From Candidatus Bathyarchaeota archaeon (GTDB lineage: Archaea > Thermoproteota > Bathyarchaeia > Bathyarchaeales > Bathycorpusculaceae): a stretch of DNA of 64,000 nucleotides. A model generated the notes under the pieces. The model ran no database searches. It was not told the origin of the DNA and was given only the letters and a program-made list of their open reading frames with translations. The position numbers and the translations under genes were made by a program. Positions 48,096 through 56,115 of this stretch are shown piece after piece; the first letter of the stretch is position 1, and the number at the start of each line of letters is the position of its first letter. The stretch is from assembly GCA_963720565.1 (NCBI GenBank), contig CAVRFW010000009.1, positions 64,001 through 128,000 on the forward strand, read 5' to 3'.

Positions 48096-48938
48096 ATGTA
48101 CAAAATAGTGACTAAGAGAGAGATAGCTCCAAAAGAAAAACTGTTCGAAGTTGAAGCTCCAGACATCGCTGCAAAAGCACAACCCGGACAGTTTGTCATA
48201 CTTATCATCGGTAGCAAAGGTGAGCGCGTTCCGCTTACAATATGCGACTGCGACGCGAAAAAGGGCACAGTTTCATTCGCTTTTCACGAGGTCGGAAAGA
48301 CTACAAAGGAACTTGGTCTCTTGAAGGAAGGCGATTGTTTAGAAAACTTGACAGGTCCTTTGGGAAATCCCTCAGAAATAAAGAATTACGGCAAGGTGCT
48401 ATGCGTCGGCGGCAGCATTATGATTGCTCCTTTGCTGTTGCAGGTCAAGGCAATGAAAGAGGCAGGCAACAAAGTGACAACCTTGTTGGGCGCCAGAATA
48501 AAAGATGGTCTGTCAATGGAGAACGAAGCTGAAGCCATGAGCCAAAAAGTTTACATTGCCACCGATGACGGCTCAAAAGGTTACAAGGGCTTAGATTTCC
48601 TCAAGAAGGTGCTTGAAACGGAAAAATTCGATCGTTGCGTCGTGATGGGTCCAGTTGTTATGATGAAGGCTGTAAGCGAAATCACAAAACCTTTTGGGAT
48701 TCCAACGATTGTGACATTGACGCCGATAATGATTGATGGCATGGGTATGTGTGGTGTCTGCCGTGTCACGGTTGGCGGAAAAATGCTGTTTGCATGTGTG
48801 GACGGTCCGGAATTTGATGGTCATCAAGTTGATTTCGATGAACTAATTTCACGTCAGCGTTTATTTCTTCCAGAAGAACGTCTGAACTCTGAATTGTGGG
48901 AACTTGGAGGTTGTAAATGTGGCCGAAACAAAGCCTAA
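48096..48938 (+). CDS. nfnA: NfnA/SudB: NADH-dependent ferredoxin:NADP+ oxidoreductase small subunit
   Basis: PGQFVIL...GERVPLT, GPLGNP, ATDDGS, MIDGMGMCGVCRV...CVDGPEFDGH. Confidence 0.88.
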   Translation: MYKIVTKREIAPKEKLFEVEAPDIAAKAQPGQFVILIIGSKGERVPLTICDCDAKKGTVSFAFHEVGKTTKELGLLKEGDCLENLTGPLGNPSEIKNYGKVLCVGGSIMIAPLLLQVKAMKEAGNKVTTLLGARIKDGLSMENEAEAMSQKVYIATDDGSKGYKGLDFLKKVLETEKFDRCVVMGPVVMMKAVSEITKPFGIPTIVTLTPIMIDGMGMCGVCRVTVGGKMLFACVDGPEFDGHQVDFDELISRQRLFLPEERLNSELWELGGCKCGRNKA

Positions 48939-50328
48939 ACCGAAGATTAAGAAAGAAGCTATTGAGATGCCCAAGCAGGAGCCTAAAGAACGCGTTAAGA
49001 ACTTCAGCGAGGTTGCTTTGGGCTACAGTGAAGAACAGGCTCTTGAAGAAGCCAGTCGATGCTTACAGTGTGTTAAGCCCCAGTGTGTGAGTGGCTGTCC
49101 CGTAGAAGTGCCTATTCCGGAATTCATCAAATGCATCCGGGAAAAGAAGTACGCAGAGGGCATCACTACGATAAAGACTAAGAACGCTCTGCCGGCCGTG
49201 TGCGGTCGCGTTTGTCCACAGGAAGAACAATGCCAAGTTAAGTGCGTTGTTGGAAAGATTGGTCAACCAGTCAGTATCGGTCGTTTAGAAAGGTATTTGG
49301 CTGATTGGGAGCGTGATAATGGCTTTCAGATGCCGGAGAAAGCCAAACCGACAGGCAAGAAAGTAGCTGTTGTCGGAGCGGGTCCTGCGGGACTTACGGT
49401 TGCCGCAGACTTGGTGAAGCTGGGTTATGATGTTACACAGTTTGAAGCGCTTCACTTGGCTGGTGGGGTTCTGGTTTACGGTATTCCTGAATTCCGTCTC
49501 CCAAAGAGGATCGTTCAGAATGAGGTTGATTACATTCAGAAATTGGGCGTTGACCTGCGATTGGGCAACTTGATTGGCAGAACACATACTATTCCTGAGC
49601 TTATGAAAAACGGGTATGACGCCTTTTTTATCGGTTCTGGTGCTGGTTTGCCTCAGTTTATGGATCTTCCAGGGGAGAACTTGGGTGGTATATACTCCGC
49701 TAACGAATTCTTGATTCGAGTTAATCTGATGAAAGCTTACAATTTTCCCGAATACGATACACCAATACGGATCGGAAAACACGTTGTGGTTATAGGCGGT
49801 GGCAACGTTGCAATGGATTGCGCAAGAAGCTCAATGCGATTGGGAGCCAGTGTGTGCTTGCTTTACAGACGCTCCCGGGATGAGTTGCCAGCAAGAAAAG
49901 AAGAAATCGAAAACGCTGAGGAAGAGGGCTTGGTATGCAAGTTTTTAGCTGCGCCATTGAGGTTCATCGGTGACGAAAGAGGCTGGGTGAAGGCTATGGA
50001 TTGCGAGTGCATGGAACTCGGTCCCCCAGATGCTTCCGGAAGACGTAGACCAGTCCCGATTAGAGGTTCCGAATTCACCATGGAAACCGATACTGTCATA
50101 ATTGCCATTGGACAAACTCCTAACCCGATTATCCAGCGAACGACTGAGGGCTTGGTGGTTAATCCAAAACACGGTACCATAATAGTTGATGAAAACGGCA
50201 AGACAAGCTTGGATGGCGTCTATGCTGGCGGCGATGTCGCTACGGGTGCAGCCACAGTCATTAGCGCGATGGGTATGGGTAAGAAAGCAGCAAAAGCGAT
50301 ACACGCTTACCTCTCAAGCAAGAAGTAG
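48919..50328 (+). CDS. nfnB: NfnB/SudA (GltD-like) large subunit
   Basis: EASRCLQC...CVSGCP, CGRVCPQEEQC, GAGPAGL, YGIPEFRLP, GGGNVAMD, GGDVATGAATV; GGAGG before GTG 48919. Confidence 0.9.
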   Translation: MAETKPKPKIKKEAIEMPKQEPKERVKNFSEVALGYSEEQALEEASRCLQCVKPQCVSGCPVEVPIPEFIKCIREKKYAEGITTIKTKNALPAVCGRVCPQEEQCQVKCVVGKIGQPVSIGRLERYLADWERDNGFQMPEKAKPTGKKVAVVGAGPAGLTVAADLVKLGYDVTQFEALHLAGGVLVYGIPEFRLPKRIVQNEVDYIQKLGVDLRLGNLIGRTHTIPELMKNGYDAFFIGSGAGLPQFMDLPGENLGGIYSANEFLIRVNLMKAYNFPEYDTPIRIGKHVVVIGGGNVAMDCARSSMRLGASVCLLYRRSRDELPARKEEIENAEEEGLVCKFLAAPLRFIGDERGWVKAMDCECMELGPPDASGRRRPVPIRGSEFTMETDTVIIAIGQTPNPIIQRTTEGLVVNPKHGTIIVDENGKTSLDGVYAGGDVATGAATVISAMGMGKKAAKAIHAYLSSKK

Positions 50329-50480
50329 CCAATCAAGAAAGGCAACTCTCAGAAACCTAATCTGCAGTAGGCACAAGCCATCCCCAATCAATAGCTCTTT
50401 TCTTTAAGAGCCTAATTTTTCAACTACATCGGCAATGTTAAGTAACAGACTTTATATCCTCTTACTGCACCCAAAATGGG

Positions 50481-52205
50481 ATGGTGACAATAACGTCTGA
50501 AAAAGTTTTAGTGACGTCGGCATGGCCATACATCAATGTAACGCCTCACTTGGGTAACCTCGTGGGTTCGGTTTTGTCTGCTGACGTTGTAGCCAGATAT
50601 CATAGGCTCAAGGGCGATGACGTGCTAATGGTGAGCGGTTCAGATGAGCATGGTACACCCATCGAAGTCGAGGCTCTGAAAGAAGGAATAACGCCTAAAG
50701 AGCTGACTGACAGGAACCACGCGCGGGTAACCGACCTTTTCAAACGCTGGGATGCATCATTCGACAATTACACACGAACCGAAAGCCCCGTGCACAAGGA
50801 ATTCGTTCAAGAGACACTCATGAGAATCTTCAAGAATGGCTACATTTTCTCCCAAGAAACACAGATGCTGTACTGCGAACATGACCAGCGCTTTCTGCCT
50901 GATAGGTTTGTTGAGGGCAAATGCCCCCATTGCGGCTGTGAACGTGCCCGCGGGGACCAATGCGACAAGTGTGGCCGGCTTCTAGAGACAATATTGCTTG
51001 TTGAACCTCGATGCGTTCTGTGTGGTAATACTCCTGCGACCAAGATCACTCGCCATTGGTACATTGACCTGTCAAGATTCGCTGACCAATTAACTGCGTA
51101 TATCAAAAGCAACAAGCAGGTTCCAGCAAACGTCAGGAACTTCAGCTTAAATTGGATAACCGAAGGCTTGAAACCTCGAGCCGTAACGCGAGATGTAGAT
51201 TGGGGGATTCCGGCGCCCTTTCCAGGCGCAGAAGGCAAGACTATCTATGTCTGGGTTGAAGCCGTTTTGGGTTACGTTTCAGCCACAATAGAATACTCCA
51301 AGCTTATTGGAAAACCTGAAAAATGGCGGGAGTTCTGGTTTAACAAGAACGCGAAGACGATGTACTTCATTGGAAAGGATAACATTCCATTCCACACGAT
51401 AATCCTTCCCGCTTTGCTGATGGCCTCGGGCGAGGATTACAACCTTCCTTGGAATGTTTCAGCCACAGAGTTCCTCCAGTTCAAAGGGGAAAAAGCTTCA
51501 AAAAGCCTTAGGATTGGAATATGGATAGATGAAGCACTTGAACTGTTTCCTGTTGACTATTGGCGCTTCTTCCTCATCGCAACTAGACCAGAAGTCAAAG
51601 ACTCAAATTTCTCATGGGAAATCTTTATCGAAAGAATCAACGCAGACCTGAATGACACCTTCGGCAACTTCATACACAGAACCCTGACCTTCATAAACTC
51701 CCAGTTCAAAGGGGAAATCCCTTATCCACAAAAACTAACCGCGGAAGATGAGGCGATACTTCAGACTGTCAGGGAAAAAGTTGCAATTATTACTCAAGAA
51801 CTCGAAGATGTCAAACTGCAAGCGGCAGCTAACACTCTAATAGGCATAGGTCGCGTCGGGAACCAGTACCTAAACGAGAAAGAGCCTTGGACCCTTATCA
51901 AAACAGACAAAGAGAGAGCGGCCACTGTTCTCTACGTTACTGCGCAGATCGTCAAAGCCATCGTTACCGTCTCGGCTCCATTTATTCCATCAACTGCGGA
52001 GCAGCTTTGGCAAACGCTGAACCTCGGAGGTCGTGTCCTTAAGAGCAGATGGAAAGAAGCCATCGAGCCTTTGGAAGCTGGACACAAAATAGCTAAGTCG
52101 AAACCCCTCTTCCGTAAGATAGATGCTGACGAAAAGGAACTTGATGAGCTGCTGATTAAAATCAGAGAGAAAAAGACTAATGCCCTGAATAATTGTGGAA
52201 GTTAA
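50481..52205 (+). CDS. metG: Methionyl-tRNA synthetase (no C-terminal tRNA-binding OB domain)
   Basis: TSAWPY...HLGN, GSDEHG, zinc knuckles, YVWVEA, GKDN, KASKS. Confidence 0.95.
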   Translation: MVTITSEKVLVTSAWPYINVTPHLGNLVGSVLSADVVARYHRLKGDDVLMVSGSDEHGTPIEVEALKEGITPKELTDRNHARVTDLFKRWDASFDNYTRTESPVHKEFVQETLMRIFKNGYIFSQETQMLYCEHDQRFLPDRFVEGKCPHCGCERARGDQCDKCGRLLETILLVEPRCVLCGNTPATKITRHWYIDLSRFADQLTAYIKSNKQVPANVRNFSLNWITEGLKPRAVTRDVDWGIPAPFPGAEGKTIYVWVEAVLGYVSATIEYSKLIGKPEKWREFWFNKNAKTMYFIGKDNIPFHTIILPALLMASGEDYNLPWNVSATEFLQFKGEKASKSLRIGIWIDEALELFPVDYWRFFLIATRPEVKDSNFSWEIFIERINADLNDTFGNFIHRTLTFINSQFKGEIPYPQKLTAEDEAILQTVREKVAIITQELEDVKLQAAANTLIGIGRVGNQYLNEKEPWTLIKTDKERAATVLYVTAQIVKAIVTVSAPFIPSTAEQLWQTLNLGGRVLKSRWKEAIEPLEAGHKIAKSKPLFRKIDADEKELDELLIKIREKKTNALNNCGS

Positions 52206-52207
52206 TT

Positions 52208-52849
52208 ATGCAAGTGAAAGCGGACCTACACGTTCACACGGTGTACTCAAACGATTCAGTAATAACTCCTAAAGAACTAGTTACTTACGCTAGAAAGCGC
52301 GGGTTGACGGCTGTAGCTGTTACGGACCACAACCAAATCGAAGGAGCCCGAAAAATTGCAAAGGAAACTGACTTCTTGATTATTCCAGGCACAGAGGTTT
52401 CAAGCCTCAATGGGCATATAGTCGGTCTCAACGTTGAAGAACTAATCCCGAGAAGGTTAACCCCGCAAGAAACGGTTGACAGAATTCATCATGCGGGCGG
52501 TATAGCGGTAGCATGCCACCCATTTGTGTTGTTCAAAGGAAGCATTGGAAAACACGTAACCGCTAAATTCGACGCTGTTGAAACAATAAACTCGTCAGCA
52601 TTCCCATTTAGAAGCTCCACAGAAAGAGCTAACGCCCTCGCAGAGAGGCTTAGACTGCCAAAAGTAGCTGGCACAGACGCACATTACGGGCCAATAATAG
52701 GTCAGGCCTACACACTTATTGATGCTGAACCAAACGTGGACTCTGTGCTGAAGGCTATAATCAACGGGAGGTGCCAGCCTCTCGGCGGACCAATTTCTTT
52801 CCCGTTGAGAATCCAGAACCAGTTCAGATTCTTCAAGAAATACCTCTAA
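52208..52849 (+). CDS. PHP-domain metallophosphoesterase
   Basis: DLHVHT, TDHN, GTEV...GH, CHP, GTDAH. Confidence 0.9.
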   Translation: MQVKADLHVHTVYSNDSVITPKELVTYARKRGLTAVAVTDHNQIEGARKIAKETDFLIIPGTEVSSLNGHIVGLNVEELIPRRLTPQETVDRIHHAGGIAVACHPFVLFKGSIGKHVTAKFDAVETINSSAFPFRSSTERANALAERLRLPKVAGTDAHYGPIIGQAYTLIDAEPNVDSVLKAIINGRCQPLGGPISFPLRIQNQFRFFKKYL

Positions 52850-53027
52850 CAGGCAGCCTCTGACTAAGACAAACAGAAACGTTTTCCTTGTTATTTGGCT
52901 TCTTGTCTTCAGCTTTTTACTTAGTGCTCGACGCTGATTCTGGAGATTGGTGCCTCTGTTTTGTTAGGGTAGCAAGACTTATCAAACTGACAGCCACAAA
53001 GACAAGACAAAACAGGGATAAACACAC

Positions 53028-53687
53028 TTGAACGCCGCTGACTTACAAGCACAAGGCGTTATCTTCGACTTGGACGGCACAATCGTCGATTCGAGAAACG
53101 CCTACCTGGAGGCAGCTAGAACCACCTTCAGGGCAATGGGACAAGAACCGCCAGCGCCAGAAATCCTCCTAGAGATTCCACGAAGCTTGGAGTTGAAAAA
53201 GCCCATCAGCAGCATTGTCAGATTCGACTCTCGCAAATTCCTGGATTTGTACCTCAAAACCTACTACGCCCTGACAAAAGAGAGGACTAAACTCATACCC
53301 GACATCCCTAAAACCCTTGAAAAACTATCCGGAAAAGTCAAACTTGCGATGGTAACGATGCGGTACGTCCCAAGACAGGTTATTCTCGATGAGCTTGAGT
53401 CCTTCGGCATAGCTCAGTACTTCCTCCACGTTGTGACCGCTTTAGATACACGTGAACCGAAACCGGCGCCTGAAGCTCTCATAAAAACCAGCCAAGCGAT
53501 AGATGTTCCAATACATGACTGCGTCATCGTGGGCGATTCAGTATGCGACATCCGAGCGGGAAAAGCTGCAGGTGCCAAAACAGTAGCGGTTTTATCTGGT
53601 CTTTTCTCTTTTGAAGAGCTCGCTAGAGAAAATCCTGATTTAATCCTCAAAGACGCCGCTGTAATCCAAAATTATGTGGGAAAATAA
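53028..53687 (+). CDS. HAD-family phosphatase (phosphoglycolate phosphatase-like)
   Basis: FDLDGTIVDS, KPAP, VGDSVCDI. Confidence 0.9.
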   Translation: MNAADLQAQGVIFDLDGTIVDSRNAYLEAARTTFRAMGQEPPAPEILLEIPRSLELKKPISSIVRFDSRKFLDLYLKTYYALTKERTKLIPDIPKTLEKLSGKVKLAMVTMRYVPRQVILDELESFGIAQYFLHVVTALDTREPKPAPEALIKTSQAIDVPIHDCVIVGDSVCDIRAGKAAGAKTVAVLSGLFSFEELARENPDLILKDAAVIQNYVGK

Positions 53688-53808
53688 TATTTCGAAAGCG
53701 GAATATTGCTAAAAACCGCCTAAAGCAGTTATATCCGTTTAAGATAGAAGGTTTAATTAAAACCTCTATCTCTATGAAATATGGAGAGGGCTTCAGAGCG
53801 GATTTCAA

Positions 53809-54420
53809 ATGAATTTCCTAGAAATACTGATAAGTGAAAAGTTGAAAGATGCGGATCAAGCCTTGGATATTACGGGCTCCGACCGCAAGGTTCTCCAAGT
53901 AGCATGCCAAGATTTCACTAATTATCTCAAGTATCACTGGAACCTTATCGGAAAAGAGGCAAGCCAATGCGAACTTGTTGAGAAGCTGGAGAAACTGTTC
54001 AAAGAAGACCCGGATGAACTGGAGCAGTTCCTTACAGTATGGATTGGCATGTGGTTTAAGAAGTGGAAAGAACGTGTCAAACTGTTAATAGGCGAGCAAA
54101 ACGCGAACAAATGGAGTAAGGTCTCAAAAACCCTTAGCGTTGCCGAGCCTCTGTGGAGAAAAATCGAACGGAAACAAGAGATCATAGAGATTGTGGTATC
54201 GACTCTGATCAAGAATGGGGAGATCTGCGGCACTGAAATTTTAGCAGAGAATCTTCTAAAGATGGAGTTAGGAGAAAAACGCGTTCAATACCTAAACGAC
54301 ATGGAACAAGTCTGCACCATTATTAACAACGCACTCAGAAAAGGCCGAGACATGGCTCAAAGCAGAGGGCCATTAATCTTCGTAAAGATTGACAAGGGCT
54401 ACTACGGATCATCCAACTGA
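53809..54420 (+). CDS. Conserved hypothetical helical protein
   Basis: 203-aa ORF with ATG start and protein-like composition; no motif recognised. Confidence 0.7.
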   Translation: MNFLEILISEKLKDADQALDITGSDRKVLQVACQDFTNYLKYHWNLIGKEASQCELVEKLEKLFKEDPDELEQFLTVWIGMWFKKWKERVKLLIGEQNANKWSKVSKTLSVAEPLWRKIERKQEIIEIVVSTLIKNGEICGTEILAENLLKMELGEKRVQYLNDMEQVCTIINNALRKGRDMAQSRGPLIFVKIDKGYYGSSN

Positions 54421-54476
54421 CAATTAACACAGAAGTTATGCATTTAATAACTTTTTTCTAAATTCAGAAGTATGGT

Positions 54477-54665
54477 TTAGAGGACCCTTTGTCTCTGGAG
54501 AGTCTTCGTTTGCCACGCGTAATGCCTTATAGTCTTGGTTTCTCCATAGCCACAAGCACCGCATCGCTTATCGCGCACATGGTAAGAGCGTCTTCCGCAG
54601 CGTCTGCAACGTATGTGCACAACTTTGCCGGCGCCCTTGCCCTTTGCTGGTGTTCCTTTTCCCAC
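54477..54665 (-). CDS. rpl37e: 50S ribosomal protein L37e
   Basis: GKGTP...HIRCRRCGRRSYH...CGACGYG. Confidence 0.95.
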   Translation of the reverse strand: MGKGTPAKGKGAGKVVHIRCRRCGRRSYHVRDKRCGACGYGETKTIRHYAWQTKTLQRQRVL

Positions 54666-54671
54666 TTGATG

Positions 54672-54900
54672 TCACCTAGGCGGAGGTGAAATTAAGACTA
54701 CGTTGTCTCCGCGAACTATTATGAGACCTAGTCTTTCTCACAGATTCTGCGTTTGTTGTGTCTTCTGTCTCTTCCAGAACCAAGTTTAAGTGCTGGTCAA
54801 AACCCTTTAGTCGTCCTCGGAGGCTCTTTCCTCCTTTCAAGCGTACGAGCACTATTTTGCCAAGGTTCTGTTCAAGGATTTCAGTCGTCATTTCGCTCAA
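54672..54900 (-). CDS. Sm-like archaeal protein SmAP1 (Lsm); frameshift near 54732
   Basis: Sm1 motif LRGRLKGFDQHLNLVL; the shifted frame gives Sm2 LGLIIVRGDNVVLISPP-stop; canonical position upstream of rpl37e. Confidence 0.9.
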
Positions 54901-55135
54901 TGTTGAAACCTCATGATATGATTATGTCTTGTATACTTGAACTTTCGACATTTAAACCTATCTAAGGATCTTTAGCTTTGGGAAGGGTCGTTTTCTCCAT
55001 TAAACCTGACGTTACTCGTAACATAGGCCCACAGTGCTAACTCCTCCAGATAGTGCAGTGCCAAGAAGAATAGCAAAACTTCCTCACTTGAATAGGATTA
55101 GAGAACAAAGGCAAGCATCTTGCCATGTCGGGCAA

Positions 55136-55612
55136 TTACTGCTTCTCGTAGAGGTATATTGTGTGTGAAGGGTAGCCTAATTGTGGGTTCTCGCAGAAAT
55201 TGTCAATTTTGAGGGGTTTCCAGCCTGCTATCTCATAGTCATGCGAGATCACTCTCGCGCCTTTCTTTAATTCAGTTTCCAGCTTCGGTTTGATTTTCTC
55301 GTTTGCGCTCGTCGTTAGGTATAGAAAAACCACATCAGCAGAGGATAGATTCAAGTCAAACATGTCGCCGTTCACGATTGTTACTCTGTCCCCGAGTCCA
55401 TTTTCGTGAATTGTGCTTAACGCTTTTTTTGCGAGATCTTCTCTCAATTCGACACCGACAGCTCTCGCGCTGAAAGACTTAGCTGCCATTGTGACGGTTC
55501 GGCCGTCTCCAGCGCCCAGATCGAATAGTACTTCACCTGGCTTCAAATTGGCTAGTTTGAGCATGCGCTGAACAACCAAAACTGGGCTTGGAACAAAAGG
55601 CGCTATAAACAT
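55136..55612 (-). CDS. Class I SAM-dependent methyltransferase (archaeal protein-lysine methyltransferase aKMT/FAM173-like)
   Basis: APFVPSP, FDLGAGDGR, GVE, VVFLYL, VISHD. Confidence 0.8.
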   Translation of the reverse strand: MFIAPFVPSPVLVVQRMLKLANLKPGEVLFDLGAGDGRTVTMAAKSFSARAVGVELREDLAKKALSTIHENGLGDRVTIVNGDMFDLNLSSADVVFLYLTTSANEKIKPKLETELKKGARVISHDYEIAGWKPLKIDNFCENPQLGYPSHTIYLYEKQ

Positions 55613-55647
55613 TTCTTAACCGTTCTCCCAAAGGTTTGCTCATCGTG

Positions 55648-55974
55648 CTATGCTACGTAAGTCTCTCTTTTCGGGGTTGGTCTTTTTGCCTCCCCGCATT
55701 TGACGCAGCTTTGAGCACACAACTCTAAGTATTTTTCTTCGTCCTTTGAGCCTACCGCTTGAGCCGCTTTTTGACAGAGTTCGCTTGGCTCTGAGCAGCC
55801 CCCTTCCTTGCAGAGATGCGATATTTGGACGCAGATGTTTTGTACGTCTTTGGGTTCCAGAACGGCTCGATTGGTGCGGACTAGAAGGCATAATTCTCTA
55901 GCCATAACGCAGGTTTTCACGTATTTGACTCGTTCAAGAACTTCCTCGCGTAGCTTTTTACGGCTAATTTCCAC
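55648..55974 (-). CDS. Cys-rich helical hypothetical protein (9 Cys)
   Basis: 108-aa ORF with GGAG upstream, between lhr and the methyltransferase. Confidence 0.65.
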   Translation of the reverse strand: MEISRKKLREEVLERVKYVKTCVMARELCLLVRTNRAVLEPKDVQNICVQISHLCKEGGCSEPSELCQKAAQAVGSKDEEKYLELCAQSCVKCGEAKRPTPKRETYVA

Positions 55975-56115
55975 CTTCTAAGTCTCCTGTTGGTGTAGTG
56001 GATGTTTAGGCACAAATAGCTTTTCTGGGCTTAAAAAGTTGTTGATGTTTGCTTCCAACCTAAGCTGTCGAGTTTGAAGAGCAACAAACGTTTGTTTAGT
56101 GTGATGAGCATTTAA

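Noticed and set aside
48919..50328. Glutamate synthase small subunit
   Set aside because: Paired with an NfnA/SudB gene and no gltB pieces nearby, so NfnB fits better.
22386..50447. Recurring TGTTA...TAACA inverted repeats (22387, 30172, 50436) as one regulon
   Set aside because: Spacers differ (6, 4, 2 nt) and such AT-rich 5-mers arise easily by chance.
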